This document shows, piece by piece, positions 14,092-26,379 of a DNA stretch of 64,000 nt; position 1 is the first letter of the stretch, and every line of letters begins with the position of its first letter. Source of the stretch: Callorhinchus milii (taxonomy: Eukaryota). The notes beneath the pieces were generated by a model. The model ran no database searches, was not told the origin of the DNA, and worked only from the letters and a program-made list of their open reading frames with translations. The stretch spans positions 97,094,001 to 97,158,000 of the forward strand of contig NW_024704742.1 of the NCBI RefSeq assembly GCF_018977255.1, read 5' to 3'. The position numbers and the translations under genes were made by a program.

Positions 14092-14246
14092 GAAAACGGT
14101 CATATGGTCCGAGAAGTGGAAGTGGACAAAGTGTGCTTGTTCGCTACAAAATATGTGGAAGCAGTAAAACAATTATGGAATGACCCTGGGATCCAGGAGT
14201 GCTACGACAGGCGAAGAGAATACCAGCTGTCTGATTCCGCCAAATA
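14092..14246 (+). CDS. GNA14: G-alpha-14 coding exon 3 (155 nt)
   Basis: tttttcacag|GAA...AAATA|gtaagt; [51 protein letters not shown](Y), Gq-family helical domain. Confidence 0.95.
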
Positions 14247-16654
14247 GTAAGTAGTAAATGTCTGCCTTAAACTATGGTTCGCATGGATTAGACAGGAAGA
14301 TGGGGATAAAATGTAAAAAGTATGGAAAGTTGATTGTGTAAATGTGCATTTAAGGCCTGAATATCGTAAAACACTTCATGTCCAATCCCCTGTACTAAAC
14401 TGGTGTTTGTGATCTAAGCAAACCACTTTTTAAGGGTCACCCACCCGTATGTAAAGTAGTCTTGCTAGCCTTTATATGCAGCTTCTGGGCAGCAACTAAA
14501 CATTCCTGGTTTCCACTTCTTTTCTATTTGGTTGCTCAATATACTTTCTAATGCAACACATCCATTGTTGAAATGTACTGTGAAACGATATTAAAACTGC
14601 AGGAAAAAGCTATAAGGTTATCTTTTTGATTTTCTATGTGTGAGTGAGGATGTTCTCTCCTGATTCTATTCACATTTCCTGTGTCAAAGGTCAGCCCGCT
14701 CCCAGAACATTACTGATATTAGGCTCTGTGGTGCGCAAAGTGACTCCCTTTTGTCAGTTTTTCACTCTGCCTTAATAGTTGCAAACATAAGAGAGGTAAT
14801 TGCTATACAGAGAATTAGAGACAGGGTTTTCTTATTTACCTCTGTATTGTTGTAGCACCACCATATTTGTGATAAGTGCTCTGCTCTTACGTATTTTGGC
14901 AATGGGAAGATTCATATGATGTACTGCCTGATTAATTTGGGATTCCAATATGTAAACAAATTTTATAAGATACTTCCTGCCAAAGGTGACGTAAGATCTT
15001 CTGAAGATTTCAACGAGTTGTAAATGTAACACTGTCATGATGTATTGGGGTACAAAGTGAGAATCCTAATATCTGAGAATAAATTGCACAGAATTTTGGG
15101 TTTTTCAATCTGTAACACAACAAAATACTTACTACTATGTGGATGCAGGAAGAGTGCAAAGGTTTGAAACCAAGATCAGGCGACAGCAAAAACAAGCATC
15201 TATTTATTCTATTACTATTTTGTAAAGAAAGTTCCTTGCTTGTGTGCAATGTACCCAACATTTGTAGAGTGGTAGTTACTCTGGGGTCAAGGTTATCTTT
15301 TGCATAATAAATGTTCTGGAAATCAATCTGATGGAACTTTGTTTTATTTACAAGGGAAATGCAATAATCTAATCGCTCCACGTTTTATTAATTGTGTGAT
15401 CCTGAATTTGTTCATCCTGGGTTTGTTTTGGGAGGGAGAGAAGGAAAGTAAAATTAGGCATCTCAGTTACAGATATGTGGAAATTAATAGAAATTTGCCA
15501 TACCAGCCAGATGAAGTATTTAGCGAAGGCAGTGAGCATTATTTTTCTATTGGACTATGATGGGTGTGGCATTTCCTATGATTTTCATACTGGATTATTT
15601 TTGATTAAAGTCTGACATCTGGTGGACCATTTAAGAACTGGAAAATAAACTGGAACAAGTATCTACCGAATCAACTGCAAATAATAATTTCTGGTCAACT
15701 GTATATCTGACACATGCGCAAACCTACACATGAAAATTCTTGTGTTTGGAACAGGCTCGATTGCTGGCTATCACATTCCGGAGAGTATTCGGTACAGGTT
15801 GGCAACAGACAAGTCTCGCGGACCCCAATGTGTCAGTTGGGTTACTGCTGGAGTCTAACCAACTAAAATCACGTAACTTGACAGTGAGAGCAAAGTCTGG
15901 CAAATACGAATCATCAATTTCCTTCCATACATTCACTGCTTTCCCAATTTCCTCATAATAAAAAATAAAATTGTGCTCTTTGTGGTGGTTAATGCAGAGA
16001 TGTCAGCATTTTATGAATTGCGTCTAACAATAAATGTTTGAGCCTTTTGTTCCTTTTTTTCCTTTATCATGTGCTTATTGGTTTTTTTGTTTAGGCTAAA
16101 CAATAATTGTACATTTGACCAAAATGCTTCCTGTAACTCCGGATGATGATCCTCAGTTGGTATCTTCAATACATTGAATGATCACTTAAATCAACATGAA
16201 ATATTGATTAACTGATTATTCAAATGGCTAGCTCCAGGTTTGGGCAAGTGAATGAGTATTAGACATGGTGTGACTGGTGAGCTCATGTGTCACACCATGC
16301 TTTTATTTTTTTTAAATTACAAGGAAGGTGCAAGGCCATCAAGCTATTATAGCTTCAAATACAAACATTTTCGCAACTTCTTGCAAGTTAAACTCTTGTA
16401 CACAGCTCACTCTGTATCATGCATGTTTTCCTGTTCTTGACTGCATTGTGGCAGGGCCTAGGTTTAGGGTCCTGGGTGAGGAAGCATCTGGCACTCTGAC
16501 CAATTAATCCAAATGGCTGAGAAATGCACATTAATCAAATGACACAACCTTTTCTCCTTCCTTTGAAACAGTAAGTGACAGCTTTAATTATTTTATAAAA
16601 TGAATGGCACAAAGCTGTATTCTGTTTGTATTAAGGATCTGTTTCCCTCTGCAG

Positions 16655-16783
16655 CTACCTTAGTGACTTAGAACGCATTAGTTTACCAACGTATATACCA
16701 ACCCAACAAGATGTACTGCGGGTCAGAGTTCCAACAACTGGAATCATCGAATATCCTTTCGATTTGGAGAACATAGTCTTCAG
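16655..16783 (+). CDS. GNA14: G-alpha-14 coding exon 4 (129 nt), switch I
   Basis: ccctctgcag|C...TTCAG|gtatgg; [42 protein letters not shown](R), catalytic Arg intact. Confidence 0.96.
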
Positions 16784-18866
16784 GTATGGGAACTGGCTGC
16801 TTGTATTTAGTCCACAAACTTTTGTAACAAAGAGGTTGCCTTGACAAAATAATCATACTGTCAAAAGTTGTGGCAGTATCTCATAGTGATGTGACATCTG
16901 ATGGGCATCATTGAGAAGCTGTGCAGCACTGTACAGAGGATATAGATAACTTGCATGTAAGACATATGCCAATTAATTTGACTGCTCTACATTTCTCATT
17001 TTCAACTTAATATCTTCGAACAGATGGCAATGAATATGGAGCAGAAGGAGATGACTCCAAGGTTACTCTGGACTTCAGAAGTTCAGTTCAAGGAGTGTTG
17101 ATTTGCATTGTATCTTGAGGTCCCTACAGGAATAATTTTTGTAGACTGTTAAAACTTGTCTGGCTGCTGAGAGGATCCTCATCTGGTCCTTGTGGAATAG
17201 CTTGCTTATCTCAGTGCTGTCTTACTCATGCCATGTCTTGCACCAGCTTGCAACGACTGTCCCTCCAGTGAAAGGGTTGATATGCCCAAGGTTCTCTTGA
17301 GTGGCGTGCTTTCTCCAGACTGCTAGTGCTAAGTGATAAAAAGCAGTTGTTTCATAAATGAAGCCGCTTGTAGCTAATAACAAGGCATAATGCCCTATTT
17401 AGTTCATGCCCAGAAAAAAATCTGCATAAAAGCCCATACCAAAATAAACAAACAATATTTTTGATACAAGACTAAAGAGATAATCACCTGGAGGTGAAAC
17501 GTCAGCATAACCCTGACCATAATCCAGTATCAGTAAAATTATCGAAGCAGCTTGTGTTTGCAAACAAATCATGTGCACTTTGAATTACTTGGCTTTGATT
17601 AGAATGGTGTCTAGGCTTGCAGCTCCAAAGCAAATTGTCCTGCGTTGAATGTAGTGTGAATGACACAGCCTTGATCCTTATCTTTCAAACCATAGTGCAT
17701 ATGAAATTGATTGGAGGTGGGGAGATTCAAGTGCAACAAAGGGAAATGCTTTTATATTTGGAAGGAGACCCATTGTTATGCAGTTAGTTTTCTCCACATT
17801 AATCAAATTCTGGCAATAAACGTTCATGCTCTGCACCTGCTGTTTATAAAGCACTGGGGTGAAAAATGTCATATGACTGTTATCATTCTGTAATAATAAT
17901 CCTAGCATATTTCATGTCAGGAGGATGTCCCAAAGCACTTACATGATTTACTATGAAGTAGAGTGACTATGTTTGTGGGCGAACACAACAGTCAATTTTG
18001 CGTACTGTAATTAGTCACCAACTTCAAAATTAGTCGCTGTTTGTGGGCCATTGCTGTCATAAATTGGCTGCCACATTTACTAATAAAATTCACAGTCAGA
18101 CCACTTTACAGTATATTTTGTGAAGGGCTTTGAGAGATCTCGATGATGTGATAAGGCGCTACATGAAATGCAAGGATTATTATTTAATTATTATAAGATC
18201 TCACTCAGAAGGAACAAACGGTATCAGGCGTACAAATGTAAAATATACTGTACAGTAGGAGATGCTCTTCTGAGCTTTTGGAAATAGAAGAGGAAGCTTA
18301 ACCCTTTATCTAATCCATGCTACACCTGATCTACAAGCACTTGATGCTGACACAGCATAATATAGTATAGTAGAGCTGTTACAACATGATAGTTGGGGGG
18401 GGTGGGGGGATGGTCTATAAATTCATTCAACGAACACTATAATGGGGATGAGTCTTCACTTTTACATTCACAGTGCGTACACACAGAAAGCTGGCTCACT
18501 TCAAAATGAAAGCCATTAGAACAGGTTTATAATGGACATGATATGTTCTGTATATGGTATTTCATTTCAGTGCTAATATCCCCCTGATTTTGATTACCAA
18601 AAGGGAGATAGCATCCACATTAGTTTTATTCATGCTTTCAGAAATGTGTGAGGGATGCTTATTAAAACCTGCAGTGTTGAAAGTGAAAGCAATATTTGAC
18701 TCAAAGGCTATCAAGAATTAACTTTAGCAGGATTCTATTTGTGCTTTATGTCATTCAATATATTGAACAATTTGATTTAATCAGTGAATAATTCATGCTG
18801 TGCTGATTGATTTTTTACCCTGTTTGGATAGTGGATCAGGAAATATTCATTTGGTTTACTTTGCAG

Positions 18867-18996
18867 AATGGTAGATGTTGGAGGTCAAAGGTCTGAAAGA
18901 AGAAAGTGGATTCACTGTTTCGAAAATGTCACCTCAATTATTTTCTTAGTTGCACTAAGTGAATATGACCAGGTCTTGGCTGAATCTGATAATGAG
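18867..18996 (+). CDS. GNA14: G-alpha-14 coding exon 5 (130 nt), switch II/III
   Basis: tttgcag|A...GAG|gtgagg; [48 protein letters not shown] motif. Confidence 0.97.
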
Positions 18997-19482
18997 GTGA
19001 GGATTTATTGGAATTGCTCTAATACAAACAATAGACTTTTTTTTACATAGAAGGGAGCCATTCACTGTTTTTCTAAGTTTTTCTAAAATTAATTCCTATT
19101 TCTAGTTCTTTTCCCATTGCCCTTAATGTTTTTCCGTCTCGAGTCCTTATCCAGTTCCATTTTGAATGATTCTGTTGGTGGGAATTACACACCCTAGCAA
19201 TCAAGCTTCTGAGTGAACAAATTCATTCAGCACCTTGGGATGTCCTCCCAACATAAAAGGCACTACATAAATGCAATTTGTTGTTCTAATTTCATCCCTA
19301 ATTTTCTGCTAAGAATCGTAAACCTTTGCCTCCATGCCATCATTTTTCCCAACTAAAGGAGTTGTTCCCATTTGTCTTGTCCTACCTCTTTACAATCCTT
19401 AACACCTCTATCACATCCCCACTCAATCCCCTTTATTGCAGTGGATAAAAAACCTAATTTAGTCAGTCTCTCTTCATATATG

Positions 19483-19532
19483 CACACACACACACACACA
19501 CACACATACATTCATTCATTCATTCATTCATT
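19483..19532. repeat. Compound microsatellite (CA)n(TTCA)n
   Basis: direct reading. Confidence 0.95.
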
Positions 19533-20041
19533 ACACTGGCTATTCTGAAGAGACTGCTTCTGGAGAGATTTTTGCTTTTAAATAAAGACATTTATAGCAA
19601 TTATGGCAAGATCAGGTCTTGGTCAGGACTTAATTAAAGTATTAATCCAAAGTGATAGTTTTTTTTGTATAAAAACAAAGTTTGCATTTAGATCTATTTT
19701 GTTTCCTCCAAGTAACCACAATCTCAATAAATATGCTGTCTAATATTCATAGAAAGATGTTAACTCTCAGTGTCTCTGCTCACCTCTTGATTGTATTGCT
19801 TCAGCTTGCCCTTGGTTTTACAGTATACCTCTGATGCTGATCCACCTGTATTTCGTTTTGTATTTGTATAGATATGATTTGCACATGTTGCTTAATACAT
19901 ATATTAGTGTACATGCTTGTACCACTTGCATAATAGATTACTGTTCTAATTCTGTCAATTATTGATCACATCTTAATCATTTTTAGTATAAACACTTTGT
20001 TCAAACCACTGAATGTTATGCTTGGTCAATGTTTCTTTTAG

Positions 20042-20227
<186 letters not shown>

Positions 20228-20949
20228 TAGAATAGCAAATGGGTAGAACATTCTTTGCACACATATTGGCATAGCACATTATGTGAGTTAAAGCTGAACA
20301 GTTTGTGGTGAATTATCCACTCTATTATAAAGTTGACGATTTAGCAAAATAGAAAGGTACGTTGATTGATTGATTTTTATCTTATCATACCTCTTACACA
20401 CCTTTATTATGTTACTATCAATTCTTGATCAGTGTCACCTCAATAATGTAAAATATTTAAATAAATTGTAACTATGGTATCCAGCAGTATGTCCTAACTT
20501 TGATATAATATTTTTGCTTGCTGAAATCTGCGTTCCAGTGTACTGTGCCTAATTCTTCGGAAACAGAAGTTTTGTTCTCATTCAATTTTCTGTCCTCTCG
20601 TGAAGACTTTCACGAGGGGGAAGGCAATAGAAGGGTATGCAAGCCAAAGCCCCTAATCAGTAGGATAGTCCTAGCTGGACAAGCAGCACGAAAGTTTGCC
20701 AGGCAGTATTAATGGCATACTTATATGGTTTTAGCTGGTTAAACTCCAGCAGTACCCCAACACACACTCTGGGGTGCCAAGCTTTGGATTTGCCAACATG
20801 CACCTAATAATTTCCAGAATTAGGTAAGCAGGGTGCATCCCTCCAGGGAGAGAGTGCAAATTCCATTAAATATCTGCGGAATCTCCACATGGAGGTGGGA
20901 TGCATGGAAGGCTGATTCGTTTGGGTATTGTGGAGCATGGTGCTGGGTT

Positions 20950-21973
20950 TCTACATGCTCGCTCTTGGTGACATCATCTGCAGAGATGGGGTAAATTTCC
21001 ACATGTATGCGGATAACACCAACCTCTACCTCTCTGCCTCCACCCTGAACTCCAGAATTACTGGGCCCTGACCGACTGCCTGTCCGACATCAAGTCCTGG
21101 CTAAGGGATAACTTTCTCCAACTCAGCATCAGCAAGACCGAGGCCCTCCTGATTGGTTCACGCTAGCGCCTCCGCACCTCGGTCGCTGACAGCATCAGCC
21201 TCCACGGCTGCACACTCAACCTCACTAAGCCAGTCAGGAACCTGGGTATCTTGTTTGACCCTAAACTGTTCTTTCTCCCCCACATCTGCGCCATGACCGG
21301 CACTGCCTACCACCACCTTCGCAACATTGCCAGACTCCGCCACTGCCTCACCCCTCAGGCTGCCAAAACCCTCACTCACGCATTCAATACCTCAAGGCTC
21401 AATTACGCGAACTCCTTCCTCATCGGCCTTCCCGACTCTTCCCAAGATGCTGATCATCCAAAACTCTGCAGCTCATGTACTCTCACACACCAGGCTCCGT
21501 GACCCCATCACTCCCACCCTCACCCGACTCCTGGCTCCCCATCCCCCAGAGGAACGAGTTCAAGATCCTCATCCTCACTTTTAAGGCCATCCATGGCCTT
21601 GCCCCTCCTACCTCTCTGACCTGCTGACTCCCTACCAATCTGCCCGCTCCCTCCGTTCAGCGGGCTCCGGCCTGCTCCATGTCTCCCACCCGACCCGCCC
21701 TACCATCGGTGGCCGGGCTTTCAGCCTCTCTGCCCCCACTCTGGAACTCCATCCCACGATCCGTTCACCTCACTTCCTCCCTTGTCTCCTTCAAGGCCGA
21801 TCTCAAGACCCTTCTCTTCGGCCATGCCTTTGGTCTCCCTTCCACCTCTCTGCCTTCCCTCACCCCTACACCACCCCTCCCCCATGCTCGGGCCCTGACA
21901 TCTGATTGTTCAGCGCTTTGGGACGTCCTCCCGACGTGAAAGGCACTCTATAAATGTAATTTTGTTGTTGTTG
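20950..21973 (+). mobile_element. 5'-truncated L2 LINE, frameshifted
   Basis: [21 protein letters not shown] peptides; 3' gcgctttgggacgtcctcccgacgtgaaaggc and (TTG)n tail. Confidence 0.92.
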
Positions 21974-22217
21974 CATGCCACCTGAAAAATGAGGAATTTC
22001 CAGTATGCAGCGTGTATTCATAATGTCTTGTACAGTATTTAGCAAAAACAGCACATCTTGTTTATACTGCATGTAAAGACATGCTGAGAAAAAAGTAATG
22101 AGTTCTGATCTTTTAAAGGCCTTACTTTGAAGACATAATTTGCTATGCTATGTCAGAAACTAAATGTTTAATCTAATGAGTTCATGTGTCTTTTGTGTGC
22201 AATTCCAATGACATTAG

Positions 22218-22408
22218 GGCCTAAACAAGATGCGAAAGCTGCACGGGATTTCATCTTGAAGACGTACCAAGATCAGAATCCAGATAAAGAAAAAGTCATT
22301 TACTCTCACTTCACTTGTGCCACTGATACAGAAAACATACGGTTTGTCTTTGCTGCTGTCAAGGATACTATCCTACAGTTAAACCTGAAAGAATTTAACC
22401 TGGTATAA
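22218..22408 (+). CDS. GNA14: G-alpha-14 last coding exon 7
   Basis: acattag|[65 protein letters not shown]. The [16 protein letters not shown] and EFNLV motifs plus adjacency to VPS13A favour GNA14 over GNAQ/GNA11. Confidence 0.95.
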
Positions 22409-25400
22409 AGAACACAGCAACAAACTCTTTTGCCAAGTTATATATATTTTAAAAAGAGCTATCCAATCCATTTTACCTGCCCAAAATCTAAATTTTGTGC
22501 TTTTGTAACATACATTTTGAAATTTACACTGAAATTATCACTTCTGCAGAGGACTCTGAGAAGAGATAGTGACTCACTTCTGCATTGAAAAATTAATTCA
22601 CGTAATTAGATTTATTACATTTGCAAAGAAAGAAACCTGCCCATGTTTCTGAAGTTCAATAGGGATGCTTTAGGTTTCTTAGCAATGTTAGAAGAAAATA
22701 AGCAGTGATTATTAGAGTCATGTTGAAAGATGCCTGAATGTGGCTTTGTAAAGGTTGTCTCAGTAGTCCATTGTTTTAGTTATTGCAAAAGGAAAATACA
22801 CCAAGAACTCCAGGTTTACAAATCACACAATATCAAAATCCTATCCTGGCTTTCCTGGAGTCCAGAGGTTTACTAAATGCAACTGATTAACTAAAATAAA
22901 AAGGTACACTTTTTATGGTTCCCATCACAATTACTGACTATTACTTTACTATCTGGTATTTGTATTTAATAGGAACTTATTTAAAGAACTCTCTGAACAC
23001 AACTGGTGTACAAAACAAATGCTAGTATTTGCATTTTTCAAGAGTTTTTAATTCAAATCGATAAATACTTACCATCAGAGGATACTCTTTTTATAATTGC
23101 TAGCACTAAGAATGCTAAATAATTAAAAATTCCGGATGCCATTAATGAAGGCAGCGTACAGTTAATATTTTGAGGATTGGGGGATGGATATTGCTAAATG
23201 CAATAATTTAGACAAAAATATGGAAGCGTCTTTTATTCTTAACAAATGGTTAAAAGGGTTCTTGCTGGAATAGTCTAAAATGTTTCAACCCTTTAAAACA
23301 CATTTTTTCTCTTTCATATTATTAATCACAAATGTACCAAATTATCTTGCAGAAGTTTTCAAATGTTTTTCCTCTTTTTAGACTGTCACTATTCCTTCGC
23401 ATACCAAAGAATTATAATAGATCAGGTAGAATGTGAGGAATTGTTTTATTCTGCCACAGAAATATAGAAATTGCACGTGGTTCCATTCTGTTAAAATGCC
23501 TGCAAACCACTGTAAATATTGCTCCCACATATTTTATATGTATATATATATTGCAGCATTGTTTTTCTGCTTTAATATTCATCCTTCTTGACCAAATGCA
23601 ATATTGTTATTTTCGAATAAGGAACTGTCATTGCAGCCAATAAAATATTTAGATGTACAGGCATTTCCTCTTATAGGACAAACAGGTAAAAATCATACTT
23701 TTGAAAAGCTAAATGTGATGATTTATAATGCACAGACCTCTTGTCACTAACCCCATGTTGAAACTGTGGGTTTTATATTTTTTCACTGCTGTAATGCATA
23801 GCTAAGGTTAGATATTTGATGTTTTCTGAAACAAAACTGTTCTATAACTTTTTTAAGTTGTATGCAACACGCCAAAGAAAATCTTTTATTTAGGTGGTTT
23901 TAAAATGTTACAATGCAATGTATGTGATTTTGCGCATCATTGTTCAGTGAGGTTTCTTTGCTTAATTTTATCCAAGTCATGAACGTGGCTGGTGAGATAT
24001 TAGTAGAGCAGATCTGCAGTACCAGTTTCTCCTATCACTGATATTTTTTGATTGTTGTTTGACTGCATAGATTAATGCTAAATTACACTAAAGTTGCAGA
24101 ATCCCTTCCGAGGTCAGCATTTTGAAAGTCCTGCTTACAGCTCAAAAGCAAGTATATGATCGTTCTTTTTGCTTGATTTTTCTTTTTACAAGATCTCCAA
24201 GAAAAATAAAAAATGTAAAAAAATTGTCATAGGCCCTCTTATAAAGAAAAGGCACGAGAGGATGGGGAGTGGAGAGCATGCATTTTATTTACTTTTTCCA
24301 AGTTGGCTTCTGGATCAGTAAACTAATAAATTCAAACCAGTTAACGAGAAATAATACAAATGAAAACATCTGCTTCAAGTTCATGTTTGTTTGGGTGAAG
24401 TTGAGGTGAATCAAGACCAGTTGGAAAATCCTTAATGTCATTAAACTGTGAAATATGGTCAAATATTAATTTATCACAAGTTCTATTTTTCTTGCAACAA
24501 ATGTTTATTGGGGGTGTTCTAGCAGATAGGAGCCAATCCCACTTTTACAGGGAAGCAGACAATAGTTAGAACATAAATTCTTGATCAGTAAAAAGCTGAA
24601 TAATTGTAGAAATTCATGTTTGTTAAAACATTGCTTTTTGATATATGTAATCATTTTAGTTTTGTAACCAGCTTCAGTTAGTGGGTAGTGGAATTTGCAA
24701 TCAACCCCTCAAAAATCTATTCACAATATATGTAAAGACCACAATGGTTATTTACACATGTACTTAAGGTTCTACTTGCAGATGTACTCAAAATACATAC
24801 TTTTACTGGCAAGAGCCCACAACATACTCAATTCTGTAAAAACCTGTGTGAAAGATGGTCTTTACTGTATAATTCAGATATGGCCCATTATTAGAAACTG
24901 TTGTGTACATACTGTGAGAAACTGCTTTCAACCCTGTGAGAAATTTACTTTCTATAGATTGATGTTAAGTTTCATGGAACATAGCATAAGCACAGAAATG
25001 GAACATTTGTCCCAACAATTCTGTGCTTTCTGCATAAGCCAATCTAATTTGAGCATAATAGTTAACCCTCCTTTTCAAGTATCTATCACATTCCTTTTAA
25101 AAATAATTAATGGATTATGCAACAAATAACATTTCTTGCAGGAATATCCAGTCCAACTATCCTCTGTGTAAAGGCATTTTTCAATCTTTTAATTTTTTTG
25201 TGTTTATCGTAAATTTCTCATTGGATTACATTTGGATACCTTCTGAATTTTTTTGGAATGCATATGACTATTGCAGGGGATACTACAACTTTATAAGTTG
25301 AGCAATAGCTGTAATTGAAGAAAACCAAGTTAATGTTGCCATAAACACCAGCTTGCCAATGTTCATAAAAGGTGCTAAATGCTAGAAAGATGAAACCTGA

Positions 25401-25594
25401 AATAAGTGCACTTTTAGGATCACAATTGTAGTTCTATAACACTCAATACTTTTTAAGTTCATATTTTTATGCCAGAATGTGTATTTCACTTTTAATTAAG
25501 ATTACAATTTTTTGTCATCTGACAGGCCAAAGCATTTTGCTAATAGCCTAATTTACGCTTATGTATGCTTGTATTATAAAGTGTTTTATTGGTC

Positions 25595-25600
25595 AATAAA
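25595..25600 (+). terminator. Candidate distal poly(A) signal of GNA14 (about 3.2-kb 3'UTR)
   Basis: AATAAA with upstream TGTA motifs (25562, 25570) and downstream T/GT-rich sequence; other AATAAA hexamers near 23638 and 24325 are alternatives. Confidence 0.45.
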
Positions 25601-25976
25601 TTGCTCTTTTCTGATCTGTACTTTGACACTCTAAAGGAGTTTTGTATTTGGTAATGCTGCTGTTTCAATCAAATTAAACATGAACATGGTTCTTACTTGC
25701 AGCTTATATTGTCTTTTGATAACACTACACAACTAATAATACTTTAATATTGCTGAACTATGAGCCAGTTGGGAAAAAACAGTGGAAAGAGCAAACACTA
25801 CTGTCAGTAACTTACAAGTCCTCTTTAGGTTTAGCTTTGCCTTGGATGTCCAATTTTGTAACACAAAAAGCTACTTTATTAAAGATAACCACTTTGAATA
25901 ACATACTTTCATTTGCTTAAAAAAATGAAGTTTTGCTCGTTTACAAATTTTGGAACTGGGTGTTCAGGAATATCAA

Positions 25977-26041
25977 CTGGAATTGAACTCAGGTCGCTCA
26001 CTTGCAAAGCGAGTGCTCTAACCACTGAGCTACAGGACTCC
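25977..26041 (-). mobile_element. Isolated tRNA-like SINE head
   Basis: reverse complement of ggagtcctgtagctcagtggttagagcactcgctttgcaagtgagcgacctgagttcaattcc; no body. Confidence 0.8.
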
Positions 26042-26373
26042 ACTTAGACGGTGAGGCAAGACCGTAGTGGGATTTAAAAGTTCTTGAACTCGATCATCTT
26101 GGGAATAGAGCCAGGTAAGATGCGACTCCTAATCACATTTAACCTGAGCTACCCCAGCAACAGCTGGATTTATTATTTCAAAAATATAGTTGTAATTCTG
26201 GACCTCAGACCCATGCCTGACAAGAGCTATCAAATCAAACTCTCAGAAACACCAAGCCAGAAGTACTTTGCAGGGAGCTTTGGATGATGATTGGTCAGAT
26301 AGACTATGGTAGGTGCAGACATGAAATTTTGCCATGGATGCTTAAGATTCACAAATAAAAACTTACACAGAAT

Positions 26374-26379
26374 TTTATT
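26374..26379 (-). terminator. Candidate poly(A) signal of full-length VPS13A (about 3.9-kb 3'UTR)
   Basis: TTTATT on +, followed on - by GT/T-rich ctgtgtaagtttttatttgtg. Confidence 0.45.

Noticed and set aside
23511..24911. Pumilio-like TGTAHATA motifs in the GNA14 3'UTR
   Set aside because: Three hits in AT-rich sequence are not clearly above chance without conservation data.
24695..25129. 144-aa ORF downstream of GNA14
   Set aside because: Non-ATG start, no recognisable domain, and AT-rich probable 3'UTR.
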